Origin: Thermoplasmata archaeon
Lineage (GTDB): Archaea > Thermoplasmatota > Thermoplasmata > Sysuiplasmatales > Sysuiplasmataceae
Assembly: GCA_021817225.1 (NCBI GenBank)
Contig: JAKAVR010000004.1
Location: 1 to 61,935, forward strand
Reading direction: 5' to 3'
DNA: 61,935 bases
Position 1 is the stretch's first letter. Every line of letters starts with the position of its first letter. This document shows positions 9,858 to 20,280 of this stretch, in pieces. The notes beneath the pieces were generated by a model, which saw nothing but the letters and a program-made list of their open reading frames with translations, was not told the origin of the DNA and made no database searches. Position numbers and translations under genes: made by a program.

Positions 9858-10823
9858 GTGTCGATTTTGCGTGAGACATCCGCACTCGGTGGAACCGTAG
9901 AAGATGCCGTGGATGCCATAAAGGCAAAGAACGGCATAGTAGGAAGGGAAAAGGAGCTCAGGCTGGCGCTGCTCTGCTCCTTGGCAGGGAGGCACACCCT
10001 CATAGAGGGTCCAGTGGGAGTCGGAAAGACGGTTCTGGCGACAGCCATTGCAGACCATCTCAACCGGCCCATATTCCGTGTTGACGGCGATGAGCGCTAC
10101 ACTGAACAGAAACTGACAGGGTGGTTTGATCCCCCCATCGTGATGAAGAAAGGCTACACAATGGATGCGTTCATAAGCGGGCCGCTGACATCGGCGATGG
10201 ACACAGGTGGCATCCTTTTCATCAACGAACTGAACAGGCTTAATGAGGGCGTGCAAAACGTTCTGCTGCCAGCAATGGACGAGGGAAAGATAGAGGTCCC
10301 GAGGATTGGCACCATGATGGCAAAAGAGGGTTTTCTGATCATTGCAACGCAGAACCCACGTGAATTTGTCGCCACGAGCTCCCTCTCAGAGGCATTGTCA
10401 GACAGGTTTGAGCTGCTGCCCCTCACTTATCAGTCGGAGGAGGAAGAAAGGCTCATAGTTGAGACGAGGACTGGAATCAAGGAGCAGCGTGTCATCAGGG
10501 CAGTCACATCCATCATCCGCGAAACAAGGGTGCACCCCTCGATTCGCCGCGGCGCATCAATCAGGGCGGCCACAGGAATGGCCCTCCTTCTTTCAAGAAT
10601 GGGAACCTCATTCGCGGCATTCCGGGAGGCCGCGTACATGTCAATACCCACCAGGGTCGAACTCCGTGAAGATGCCAAGAAGACGGTCTATGAGGTAATA
10701 GACGAAATACTTGAGAAGGTTCTGACAGATATTCCGATTGAGCAGCCCGCTCAGGTCAGAGCTGAGTCGAATGAAGAGCCTCCGGAGAAGAAGTCCGAGG
10801 AAAAAAAAACGATCAGGAAGTAG
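9858..10823 (+). CDS. MoxR-like AAA+ ATPase
   Basis: HTLIEGPVGVGKT, ILFINELNR, ATQNPRE..LSEALSDRF; ends in a charged linker containing an A9 run. Confidence 0.9.
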   Translation: MSILRETSALGGTVEDAVDAIKAKNGIVGREKELRLALLCSLAGRHTLIEGPVGVGKTVLATAIADHLNRPIFRVDGDERYTEQKLTGWFDPPIVMKKGYTMDAFISGPLTSAMDTGGILFINELNRLNEGVQNVLLPAMDEGKIEVPRIGTMMAKEGFLIIATQNPREFVATSSLSEALSDRFELLPLTYQSEEEERLIVETRTGIKEQRVIRAVTSIIRETRVHPSIRRGASIRAATGMALLLSRMGTSFAAFREAAYMSIPTRVELREDAKKTVYEVIDEILEKVLTDIPIEQPAQVRAESNEEPPEKKSEEKKTIRK

Positions 10824-10852
10824 AGAGTGAGCCTGACGATGCCCTGGACATA

Positions 10853-11719
10853 ATGCAACGGTTGAAGGGTATAGTCGATGTTCCCGGGGGAACCGGAGAG
10901 GAAATTATCTGGTCGATTGCAAAAAACTACCAGAAGATAAGGCTCAAGGCAAAGGACCCATCGCTTGTGAGGGCGGCAAAAAGGATTGCAATAAGGGCAA
11001 TAATAGACAGGACACTGAGGCAGCTCGGCCCCACCAAGATGCCTACGGTAAAAAGGCTTGTGGATTACAGGCCGGGCGTTGAAGGGGAGATTGAGATAGC
11101 CAGCACACTGGATAATATTGCTTCCCCCAGGGACATTCAGCCCGAGGAAATAGTGCTTGAGAGGAAAGAACTGAAACACATTGCATGCGTGCTTATGATC
11201 GATGCAAGCCTCTCAATGACAGGGGAGAAGCTCGCCGTTGCAACTAGCTCGATAGCTGTCCTGGCGCACAGGCTCAAGGGAATTGAGTACGCGGTGGTGC
11301 TCTTCGAAAACAAGGCAAACACAATAAAGAAGATGGAGAAGGATGCGGACATGGAAAAGCTCATTGGCGATCTCCTTGACCTGAACGCCATGGGATACAC
11401 CAACATAGAGGAGGGATTGAGGGCGGGCCTCAGGGAGCTCGAAAAAGCAAAGACTCCCAATAAGATAGGTGTAGTCGTCACAGACGGCAATTATACCATG
11501 GGCCACGATCCGAGGCAGCTTGCAGCATTGTTTCCGAAGCTGCACGTTATGATGACAACAGGACTGGATGCAAGGGACGACGTGTGCCAGGGAATGGCAA
11601 GCAATGGCAAGGGTGAGATGTACGAGATCAAGAATTACGAGGAAATGCCGAAGGTCCTGTACAGCCTGATCAAGACGTTCAACCTCAGACTGCACCAGAG
11701 GGGCGGAACAAACAGGTAG
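10853..11719 (+). CDS. VWA domain protein (possibly C-terminal part of a -1 frameshift fusion with the AAA+)
   Basis: MIDAS LMIDASLSM, GYTNIEEGL, VVVTDGNYT; frame is open upstream to about 10775. Confidence 0.88.
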   Translation: MQRLKGIVDVPGGTGEEIIWSIAKNYQKIRLKAKDPSLVRAAKRIAIRAIIDRTLRQLGPTKMPTVKRLVDYRPGVEGEIEIASTLDNIASPRDIQPEEIVLERKELKHIACVLMIDASLSMTGEKLAVATSSIAVLAHRLKGIEYAVVLFENKANTIKKMEKDADMEKLIGDLLDLNAMGYTNIEEGLRAGLRELEKAKTPNKIGVVVTDGNYTMGHDPRQLAALFPKLHVMMTTGLDARDDVCQGMASNGKGEMYEIKNYEEMPKVLYSLIKTFNLRLHQRGGTNR

Positions 11720-11782
11720 GCAGGCACCAGCCAACTGTTAAATAACCTCTGATGATTCTTTCAGGCCATAAAAGTGGTTGTT

Positions 11783-12823
11783 ATGGTCTACAGGGTTACT
11801 TTGATTCCGGGGGACGGCATAGGACCAGAAGTCACGCAGGCCGCAGTGAGGGTTCTCGAAGCGACTGGAGTGCGATTCGACTGGGAAGTGGTAGAGGCTG
11901 GACAGAAAGTAATTGCAGAAAAGGGGACTCCGCTTCCAGAGAGCGTCCTGGAGAGCCTGAGGAAGAACAAGGTGGGGCTCAAGGGCCCTCTGACGACGCC
12001 AATCGGCGGCGGCTTTAGGAGCGTAAATGTATCACTGAGGCAGATGCTCGATCTGTATGCAAGCGTCCGGCCGGCAAGGTCCATTGCAGGTGAGGGTACG
12101 CTGTATTCGGATGTGGACCTTGTTGTCGTGCGGGAGGCAACGGAGGAACTCTACTCGGGCGTGGAGCACTGGGTCGACAGGGATCATTCTGCCGCTGAGA
12201 CGATAGGCATTGTCACGAGAAAGGCATCCGAGCGGATTGTCAAATTCGCGTTTGAATATGCGCTCAAGGAGAAGAGGCACAAGGTCACGGCCGTCCACAA
12301 GGCCAATATTATGAAGTTCACAGGCGGCCTTTTCCAGGAAGTCGCGCAGAAGATCGCAAAGTCATACCCTTCGATACAGTTCGAAGAGAGGCTCGTCGAC
12401 AACATGGCCATGCAGCTTGTGAAGAAGCCCCAGGATTATGATGTCATTGTAACGACAAACCTGTTTGGTGACATACTCTCCGACCTGTGTTCTGGACTTG
12501 CTGGCGGGCTGGGTATAACACCCGGGGCCATTATAGGGGAGGATATGGCTTTGTTTGAACCGGTCCACGGTTCTGCCCCCAAATACGCGGGCCAGGATAA
12601 GGTAAACCCTGTTGCGACCATCCTTTCCGGAGAAATGATGCTGAAGTACCTAGGCGAGAGAGAGGCTGCTGAAAAAGTGTGGAATGCAGTCTACGAGACA
12701 ATAAAGGAAAAGAAGCATGTCACATACGACCTCGCTCTACCGGGCTACACATCGAGGCCTGTGCCGCCATCAAAGTGTTCGGAAATGACGGACGAGATTG
12801 TGAAGAGGGTCGAGGCAACCTGA
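11783..12823 (+). CDS. icd: Isocitrate/isopropylmalate dehydrogenase family, likely isocitrate dehydrogenase
   Basis: [60 protein letters not shown]. Confidence 0.85.
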   Translation: MVYRVTLIPGDGIGPEVTQAAVRVLEATGVRFDWEVVEAGQKVIAEKGTPLPESVLESLRKNKVGLKGPLTTPIGGGFRSVNVSLRQMLDLYASVRPARSIAGEGTLYSDVDLVVVREATEELYSGVEHWVDRDHSAAETIGIVTRKASERIVKFAFEYALKEKRHKVTAVHKANIMKFTGGLFQEVAQKIAKSYPSIQFEERLVDNMAMQLVKKPQDYDVIVTTNLFGDILSDLCSGLAGGLGITPGAIIGEDMALFEPVHGSAPKYAGQDKVNPVATILSGEMMLKYLGEREAAEKVWNAVYETIKEKKHVTYDLALPGYTSRPVPPSKCSEMTDEIVKRVEAT

Positions 12824-14053
12824 TCAGAGGGCCAGCGTCTCTCCCTTCTTGGGCATGAACACCCGCCTTTCGCCAAGAGCGTCGGCAAGCGGCTGCCTTT
12901 TGTCGCCGTCCCCGTGAACCAGTATTACAGTCTCCGGATCACACCTGTTGACAAAATCAACGAGTTCCGAGTGGCCCGCGTGGGCAGAAAGGTCAAATCG
13001 CTTCACCTCGCACTTGACTGTCTCCAGTACCCCGTTTATTTCAAGTTGACCCGTATGCAGCAGCCTGTAGCCGTTTGATTCCTCAACCTGGAAGCCGCTC
13101 ATCAGCACGCCACTTTTTGTATCGTTTTTTATTTTTTCGATGTAGGTCAGCGCGGGTCCACCGTCCAGCATTCCGCTCGTGGTTACTATGACATCGGCCC
13201 TGTCGCTTCTGAACCTGTCTTCGTTGGTCTCCACCGCGAACGCCTTCAGGCAAGCCCTCTTCAAAGCGGAGTGGGAGGTCACATATTCCCTGGAATGGTT
13301 GTATATCCTGTTTATCTTGCGGCCCATGCCGTCGACCCAGATGTTGTAGTCTGTCTTCTCAAGTATCATCAGCAGCTCCTGGGTCCTTCCGACGGCAAAG
13401 GCAGGGAGTATGGCCTGACCGCCCCTGTCTACAATCTCCTTCACCTTGTCCAAGAGTTCGTTTTCTGTCTTCCTTCTGTCCGGATGGTCGCGCCCGGAAT
13501 ATGTTGATTCTATGACAAGGATGTCGGCCTTTGGCACGATGGCCCCAGGTACGAGCCGCGTCTCGGCGGTGTGTATGTCACCGGTGAAAAGCACTGTGTT
13601 CTCGCCCTTGAATTCGAACATTGCCGCTCCCGGAATATGGCCCGCCTGCCTCGGTATGAATTCGGTGCCTCCGATGTCAAACCCGTTATCGAACCGTTCG
13701 ACCGAGAAGAGCGACATCGTGTCCTCCACATCTCCGTTCTCGTACGGTTCCATGTATCCTTCCATCTTCGCGACCTTGAGGCTGTCGAGCATGAGCAGTT
13801 TTCCAACTTCCTTCGTCGGATAAGTTCCGTGAACCGGAACCTGGTATCTTGACGCTATCCACGGTATCATCCCGGAGTGATCCACATGCGCGTGAGTCAG
13901 TATGATCTCGTCAACAGGCGGTGCCTGAAGCGGATAAACTGGCGGATCCTTCGGTATCAGGCCATAGTCGAACATTACCTTTCCAAAGCCGTCTTCAACA
14001 GTAACTGCGAGTCCGCCGACTTCATCGGCCCCGCCATAAAATGTAAACTTCAA
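12824..14053 (-). CDS. Beta-CASP metallo-beta-lactamase ribonuclease (aCPSF-like, no KH domains)
   Basis: GGADEVG, THAHVDHSG, AGHIPGA, FTGD, IESTY, AFAVGRTQE, SAHAG, VHGD. Confidence 0.9.
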   Translation of the reverse strand: MKFTFYGGADEVGGLAVTVEDGFGKVMFDYGLIPKDPPVYPLQAPPVDEIILTHAHVDHSGMIPWIASRYQVPVHGTYPTKEVGKLLMLDSLKVAKMEGYMEPYENGDVEDTMSLFSVERFDNGFDIGGTEFIPRQAGHIPGAAMFEFKGENTVLFTGDIHTAETRLVPGAIVPKADILVIESTYSGRDHPDRRKTENELLDKVKEIVDRGGQAILPAFAVGRTQELLMILEKTDYNIWVDGMGRKINRIYNHSREYVTSHSALKRACLKAFAVETNEDRFRSDRADVIVTTSGMLDGGPALTYIEKIKNDTKSGVLMSGFQVEESNGYRLLHTGQLEINGVLETVKCEVKRFDLSAHAGHSELVDFVNRCDPETVILVHGDGDKRQPLADALGERRVFMPKKGETLAL

Positions 14054-14431
14054 TCCCTGTCACCCATCTGATAATCTGTGCGATACAACAGAACACTAAT
14101 ATCTATTTTCAGTGAATGCTTAGACAAATCGGTATATGTACTTTTTGCAAAGGAAGCCATGGAGTCGCGACGGATGTGAACATCGGATTTTCCTTCAAAG
14201 CCGCTGGAGAATACCTCCCGACTGATTCAGAAGGTGGCTGTACGAAGCACGACGGGAGTCAACAAAAGATAAGCCAAAATGGCGCCAGGAGACTCAATTG
14301 AAGTTTGCATGCGAATACATTTCGCCAGTGACGAGTCGCGGTCATGCCGGTTGGAATTCATTTAACACAACGAAACAACATCCACAGAAAAGTGCATATA
14401 TACCGTATCCTTATAAGTGAAACGAGCGGAA

Positions 14432-15499
14432 ATGGAACTGCGCTTCTATATTGTCAGGCGTATACTGGTCCTCATACCTACTCTGCTCGGCCTGACGCTT
14501 CTGATGTTCCTGCTTGAGGCAATGATTCCTCCGGCACTGCTTGAAATACCATACTTCAATCCCAAATCAGGTATCTCAAGAACAATACAGCTGCATAACG
14601 CTGCAATACTTCTTGGACTCAATCTGCCTCTTCCGCTTAGGTATTTCAAATATGTGTGGCTCATCCTCCATGGTGATCTTGGTGTTATGAACCTTGCCGG
14701 TTACCCCGGTTCTGTCACGCTGGCAATAGAGCAGGCTTTTCCTAACACAATACAGCTTGCACTTTTTGCAACAATCCTTGCCCTGGCAATAGCGATTCCG
14801 CTTGGCACGTTCATTGGTGCCAGGCCGAACAGCGTTGCGGATCAGGTCGGCAGAGTGTTCTCCCTTTCTGGGTTTGCAATGCCCGCCTTCTGGCTTGCCG
14901 TCATGCTGCAGATAGGGCTCGGCAAGAATGTGATAACAGGCAACCCGTTCGGCGTATTCCCGATCAGCGGATCCGTCCCCGATGTCCCGATTGCACCGTC
15001 CTTCTACACCAATGGAATAACATCGCCGACTCATATACCGATATTTGATGCATTGCTCCACGCTGACTGGTCTTACGCGTGGGGGTCGTTCATGCATGTC
15101 GTGCTCCCGACTCTGACTCTTACATACGGCATTCTTGCGGGTATTCTGAGGTTCATAAGGGCGGGCATGGTGGACAGCACTTATCAGGAGTATGTGCGCA
15201 CAGCAAGGGCAAAGGGAGTGCCTGAAAGGGATGTCATCAAGAGACATATAAGGAGAAACGCCCTGATTCCGACGGTCACCGTCATGGGGCTTCTGTTTGC
15301 GAGCCTCCTTGGCGGGGCTGTGCTTGTCGAAACTGTTTTCAACTACCCCGGCTTAGGATTGCTCTCGGTGCAGGCGGCGATAAATTTCCAGATTTTTGCC
15401 GTTATTGGAAGTACACTCGTATTCGGAGTGATCCTGATGGTCGCGAACCTGATAGTGGACATCGTGTACGCACTGATAGATCCGAGGATAAGGTACTGA
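14432..15499 (+). CDS. dppB: Peptide ABC transporter permease
   Basis: YIVRRILVLIPTL, EYVRTARAKG, RNALIP, LIDPRIRY; alternative GTG start at 14417. Confidence 0.9.
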   Translation: MELRFYIVRRILVLIPTLLGLTLLMFLLEAMIPPALLEIPYFNPKSGISRTIQLHNAAILLGLNLPLPLRYFKYVWLILHGDLGVMNLAGYPGSVTLAIEQAFPNTIQLALFATILALAIAIPLGTFIGARPNSVADQVGRVFSLSGFAMPAFWLAVMLQIGLGKNVITGNPFGVFPISGSVPDVPIAPSFYTNGITSPTHIPIFDALLHADWSYAWGSFMHVVLPTLTLTYGILAGILRFIRAGMVDSTYQEYVRTARAKGVPERDVIKRHIRRNALIPTVTVMGLLFASLLGGAVLVETVFNYPGLGLLSVQAAINFQIFAVIGSTLVFGVILMVANLIVDIVYALIDPRIRY

Positions 15500-15509
15500 G
15501 GGAGCACCA

Positions 15510-16493
15510 ATGGCTGATGTCAACGTAACCGGTAAAATGAAACCCGCCGTCACGGCTGCGAAGAAAAGACACCCGATGCTGGAAGACTTTTCTGCCACCT
15601 TCAAGGCATTCACGAGAAACAAGTTGGCGGTCGTCGGCTTCAGCATAACAATGGTGTACTTTGCACTGACTATTCTTGATTACGTTTACCCTGCATATCT
15701 TGGCGTAAGCAACATAGATCAGGTGACAAGCTGGGTATTTCCGCTGACTGCCAATCCTCCGACGGGTCCATTTATAATCCCGAGCACGGCCGCGGCGACA
15801 GCTCCGCACTGGTGGTTCTGGTTCGGGACTTCGCTTTCACGACAGCCAATATTACCGATTATGCTCGCTGCCCTTAAAACGGACATAACGTTTACCCTTG
15901 AAGTGGTCCTGCTTGGACTGTTGATAGGCATAACTGTGGGGGCCGTCGCAGGTTATCTGGGCGGAGTTGTTGACGAGACGCTGATGAGGATTACAGACAT
16001 ATTCTTCAGTGTTCCTTCACTGATACTTGCAATTGCCTTCGTGTATGTGCTTGGCTATTCTCTAAACAATCTTCTTGCTGCTCTTGTCATCCTCTGGTGG
16101 CCCACCTACGCAAGGCTCACAAGGGGCGTCACGCTTACAGTCAAGAGCATGAAATTTATCGAGGCCTCCAGAGCGAGCGGCGCCTCGAAAATCAGGATAA
16201 TATTCCGGCACGTCATTCCTAACGTCCTCTCTCCTTCATTTGTTCAGCTATCACTTGACCTCGGAACCGTCGTGTTGATACTGGCGGGCCTCCGTTTCAT
16301 AAATCTGCCGATTATCAGCCCCCTCATTCCAGAGCTTGGGACAATGATAAACGATGGGAACAGTGTTCTTGTCGGCGGATACTGGTGGGCCGTTACAGTC
16401 CCCGGCGTCTTCCTGCTTATTTTCACCGTTGCTGTAAATCTAATGGGGGATGGGCTCAGAGATGTTTTCGACCCTAAATTGAGAGGATTGTGA
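15510..16493 (+). CDS. dppC: Peptide ABC transporter permease
   Basis: MRITDIFFSVP, FIEASRASGAS..RIIFRHVIPN, NLMGDGLRDVFDP. Confidence 0.9.
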   Translation: MADVNVTGKMKPAVTAAKKRHPMLEDFSATFKAFTRNKLAVVGFSITMVYFALTILDYVYPAYLGVSNIDQVTSWVFPLTANPPTGPFIIPSTAAATAPHWWFWFGTSLSRQPILPIMLAALKTDITFTLEVVLLGLLIGITVGAVAGYLGGVVDETLMRITDIFFSVPSLILAIAFVYVLGYSLNNLLAALVILWWPTYARLTRGVTLTVKSMKFIEASRASGASKIRIIFRHVIPNVLSPSFVQLSLDLGTVVLILAGLRFINLPIISPLIPELGTMINDGNSVLVGGYWWAVTVPGVFLLIFTVAVNLMGDGLRDVFDPKLRGL

Positions 16494-18202
16494 TGGCGGT
16501 TTCTTCGGACGGACAAAACAGCAACTATTACGTTAGAGTGGATGGACTCGTCACCAGGTTCTTCACTTCACGTGGCATTGTCAAGGCGCTTGACGGCATC
16601 ACGCTTGGCATTAGAAAAGGTGAGATTTTCGGTCTCGTCGGCGAAAGCGGGTGCGGCAAGAGCGTCACCGCGAACTCGATAATGGACCTCATACCTGATC
16701 CACCGGGAAGGATTATGGGCGGAAGCATATTCATCGACGGTTTCAACATTGTCAGTGACATCGAGAAGATGTCGACTGTCAATGTCAAGAGCGAGACAAA
16801 CGTCAAGGTAAGAAGGAGGAAAAGGTACATCAAGAGGCACAATTACATTCTTTCGCGGATAAGAGGAAAGAAGGTGGCCATGATCTTCCAGGAGCCTTTC
16901 CTCGCGCTGAATCCCGTCATCACTTCTGGCGAACAGATAATGGAGTCTATAATGCTCCACGACAGAATCGGGATCGCGAATTCAATAATCAGGAGAGAAA
17001 CGATCAAGCAGGATGATATTGATTCATTTGTGGACGATGTGCTCGCTGCACATGACCCAGAGGACAGGAAAAAGGTAATCAACAGATGGACAAGGCAGTT
17101 TGGATTTGCGGAGATTGAGCCTTCTCTCAACGATCTGTTTGAAAATGAGAAAAACAGGGAGAGAATAAATTCCGAGATCATAAGGATTGCAGGTGAAGAG
17201 AAGACTGGCATAAAGACGGCCAGACTTTTCAAGGCAAGAGATTACTACAGGCAGCTGGACAACGTCTTTGAGCTGAGTCTCAGGCAGCTCGAGATGGAAA
17301 ATGAGCAGGAGGCTGAAGTCAGGCGACTTTCGTCAAAGCTTGCAGAGACACGGACTGCACTTGCAAAGGCAAAACAGGAACAGGACGCCAGTGCAATAGA
17401 ACAATTGCAGGGCGAAGTGCAGAATCTGAGGAAAGAAATCAAGGAAGCAAGCACGAAAGTGGACAGAACAGAGATCAGGAGTCTTGGAAGGCAGATACGA
17501 CAGCTCAAGATGGAGATCTTCAGGAAGAACCTGCCGTACATAATCGCTCTGAAGCTTCTCAGAAAGAGTACAGAGAAACCTTTCAAGAATGAGGCAAGAA
17601 AGAGGGCACTTGAACTTCTCCAACTGGTAAACATAGCAGAACCCACGAGAGTCATTGATTCATATCCGCATGAGTTGAGCGGCGGCATGCAGCAGAGAGT
17701 GATGATCGCGATGGCACTTTCGAGCAATCCAAGATTGCTCATTGCGGATGAGCCGACAACCGCCCTCGATGTCACGACGCAGGCCCAGATCCTTGACCTC
17801 ATCAAGGAGCTGAGAAGCGTTACTGACTCGTCCGTCCTTTTCATCACGCACGATCTGGCAGTCATCGCCGAAATGTGTGACAGGGTCGGCGTGATGTACG
17901 CAGGCAATCTTGTTGAGGAGGCAACCTCGAATGAGATTTTCTTCAACGCCAAGCACCCCTACACGCAGGGTTTGCTGCAATCCATCCCCAAGACGCCCGA
18001 CGGAGGAATGAAATTCCAGAAACTGAGTTCCATTCCCGGCAGCGTGCCCAACCTGATTACGCCGCCGGAAGGCTGCCGCTTCCATCCACGGTGCGCGTTC
18101 AAAATGGACATATGCGAGAAGCAGAAACCGCTTCTTGTGGACGTCGGAAAGGGACACAGGGTAGCGTGCTGGCTTTATCCTGACCAGCAGAAGGTGAGCT
18201 GA
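16490..18202 (+). CDS. dppD: Peptide ABC transporter ATPase with large helical insertion
   Basis: GESGCGKS, YPHELSGGMQQR, IADEPTTALD, ITHD, C-terminal CRFHPRC..C..C. Confidence 0.9.
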   Translation: MMAVSSDGQNSNYYVRVDGLVTRFFTSRGIVKALDGITLGIRKGEIFGLVGESGCGKSVTANSIMDLIPDPPGRIMGGSIFIDGFNIVSDIEKMSTVNVKSETNVKVRRRKRYIKRHNYILSRIRGKKVAMIFQEPFLALNPVITSGEQIMESIMLHDRIGIANSIIRRETIKQDDIDSFVDDVLAAHDPEDRKKVINRWTRQFGFAEIEPSLNDLFENEKNRERINSEIIRIAGEEKTGIKTARLFKARDYYRQLDNVFELSLRQLEMENEQEAEVRRLSSKLAETRTALAKAKQEQDASAIEQLQGEVQNLRKEIKEASTKVDRTEIRSLGRQIRQLKMEIFRKNLPYIIALKLLRKSTEKPFKNEARKRALELLQLVNIAEPTRVIDSYPHELSGGMQQRVMIAMALSSNPRLLIADEPTTALDVTTQAQILDLIKELRSVTDSSVLFITHDLAVIAEMCDRVGVMYAGNLVEEATSNEIFFNAKHPYTQGLLQSIPKTPDGGMKFQKLSSIPGSVPNLITPPEGCRFHPRCAFKMDICEKQKPLLVDVGKGHRVACWLYPDQQKVS

Positions 18203-18203
18203 G

Positions 18204-19682
18204 ATGGCAATGCCTGCAGAGATGCCCAAGAGCGACATACTCCTCTACGTCTCCGATCTCAAGAAGCACTTCGAGATTTCAAACGGCCTCAGGACGACGG
18301 GATACGTGAAGGCGCTGGATGGTGTCACCTTCCAGCTTCGCCGAGGGGAGACCCTTGGTGTTGTGGGTGAAACAGGATGCGGGAAGACAACTCTCGGGCG
18401 GACGATCCTCAGGCTTATAAAAGCAACAGACGGATATGTGTACTTCGATTTGCCAGACGACGTCATGAAGAACGTAATCAGGCTCGAGGAAGAGCTTCAT
18501 TCACTGAAGAACAAGGATGAACCGAGCGAGGAGGACGGGAGAAGGACCTCTGAACTTACCGATCAGCTGGGCCACCTCAGAAAGCAGTATTCGCTGACCA
18601 TGATGAGCGAAAGGAAGCTTAGGGCGGCAAGAAGGAAAATGCAGCCCATATTCCAGGACCCGTTCAGTTCACTTGATCCAAGGAAGCTTATCAAAGACAG
18701 TATTGCCGAGCCAATGAAGCTTCTCACCGATATGCACAGGGGCGAGATTTTCGAAAAGACGAAGGAGCTCGTGGAAAGCATAGGATTGAGCGAGGACCAC
18801 CTCTACAGGTTCCCACACGAGTTCAGCGGGGGGCAGAGGCAGAGGATTGGCGTCGCAAGGGCCATAGGCATCGACCCACTCCTTCTTGTGCTGGATGAGC
18901 CCACATCGGCGCTTGACGTGTCCGTCCAGGCCCAGATACTGAACATACTGAAGGATATCCAGTCGAGGATGGGCCTTTCGTACATATTCATATCCCACCA
19001 CCTCAGCGTCATAAGGATAATGGCGGACAAGGTAGCGGTAATGTACCTTGGACAGGTAATCGAGCTTGCTGAGACTTCGAAACTGTTCTCCGAGATGCTG
19101 CACCCCTACACTGCTGCGCTCCTGAGCGCCATACCCGTGCCGGATCCGAGGACAAAGAGGGAGAAGATTGTCCTGGAGGGCGAAATACCCAGCCCCGCAA
19201 ATCCGCCCGCCGGGTGCTATTTCCACCCCAGGTGCCCTGTCGCCATGGAAAACTGCGGATGGTCTCCCAGGGATATGAGCAAATCGGTTCAGCACATGCT
19301 TGACAGGACAAGAAACATTGAGGCTACCGAACTGCCTGAACTTGTGGAAATAATCCTTGACGAGCCGAACTGGGAACTGGAGATCGTTTTCAGCGGGAAC
19401 ATCAGCGACGCATCGCTTGAGATTTTCAGACGTATAATGGCGAAAGAGGCCGAGAGACAGGGAGGCGTCAGGTTCAAGGCGGTCAAGTCCATCGGCATTG
19501 GAGAGGAATCAACATCCATCAAACTCATCATGCGGAAGCCCGATATTCCCCGCCTGAAAGAGGTGGCCGCAGACCACTTTGTGTCATGCCTCATTTATGA
19601 CAAAACCGACGTTGTCAGAAAGGGGAGCTATGCAGAAGAGGCATCCAGGATACGTAAAAGTATCACAAAGACAAGTGCGTGA
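18204..19682 (+). CDS. dppF: Peptide ABC transporter ATPase with insertions
   Basis: GETGCGKT, FPHEFSGGQRQR, LDEPTSALD, ISHH, CYFHPRC. Confidence 0.9.
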   Translation: MAMPAEMPKSDILLYVSDLKKHFEISNGLRTTGYVKALDGVTFQLRRGETLGVVGETGCGKTTLGRTILRLIKATDGYVYFDLPDDVMKNVIRLEEELHSLKNKDEPSEEDGRRTSELTDQLGHLRKQYSLTMMSERKLRAARRKMQPIFQDPFSSLDPRKLIKDSIAEPMKLLTDMHRGEIFEKTKELVESIGLSEDHLYRFPHEFSGGQRQRIGVARAIGIDPLLLVLDEPTSALDVSVQAQILNILKDIQSRMGLSYIFISHHLSVIRIMADKVAVMYLGQVIELAETSKLFSEMLHPYTAALLSAIPVPDPRTKREKIVLEGEIPSPANPPAGCYFHPRCPVAMENCGWSPRDMSKSVQHMLDRTRNIEATELPELVEIILDEPNWELEIVFSGNISDASLEIFRRIMAKEAERQGGVRFKAVKSIGIGEESTSIKLIMRKPDIPRLKEVAADHFVSCLIYDKTDVVRKGSYAEEASRIRKSITKTSA

Positions 19683-20004
19683 GGAAGAAGTCAGTTCCAA
19701 GGATCTCACCAAGCGTGAGCTCTTCTCATATGTCTTATCCGATTTCTTCAGAATCTCGTACGATGTGCTTGCCATATTCTTCGACGGGCTGATACTGCCT
19801 GAAATATACTTCCTCAGGCCCAGGGGGCCACTCTACTCGTCGTTTGAGAGGAGTTTCTCCCTTTCAGGCATCACCTATATGATTTACATGTATTGCGTCA
19901 TCGCCTTGCTTGAGGCGTCCGCAATCTGGCTTCAAATCCACGGATATCGCCGGCTGTGGCCTAAAGTCCGGTCAAGCAGCCCAAGAAGTAGAAGGATCGA
20001 ATAG
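19675..20004 (+). CDS. Small membrane protein
   Basis: GTG start overlapping the dppF end; two hydrophobic segments. Confidence 0.55.
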   Translation: MREEEVSSKDLTKRELFSYVLSDFFRISYDVLAIFFDGLILPEIYFLRPRGPLYSSFERSFSLSGITYMIYMYCVIALLEASAIWLQIHGYRRLWPKVRSSSPRSRRIE

Positions 20005-20280
20005 CCTGGAACGGGATAGGAGAAGCCTTTTCAGCTGCATTCATCTGCTCCCGAGAAGGAGGGCAGCCGATATTATCGTCAATGGCTCTGACTCTTCCCG
20101 CTTATGAACAGAAGCGGGGTACGCACATGCTCCCTTGGCCAATAGCAGGCAACATCAGACCATGACGGAGGAATGCAACTTGTATGTTCTGTGCCGGGGA
20201 ACACAAGAGAAACATGACATGAAAATAAAACTGGAAGAGATTGTGTAAAAGGTTTTGTGGTCCGACCAGTCGGATACTCA

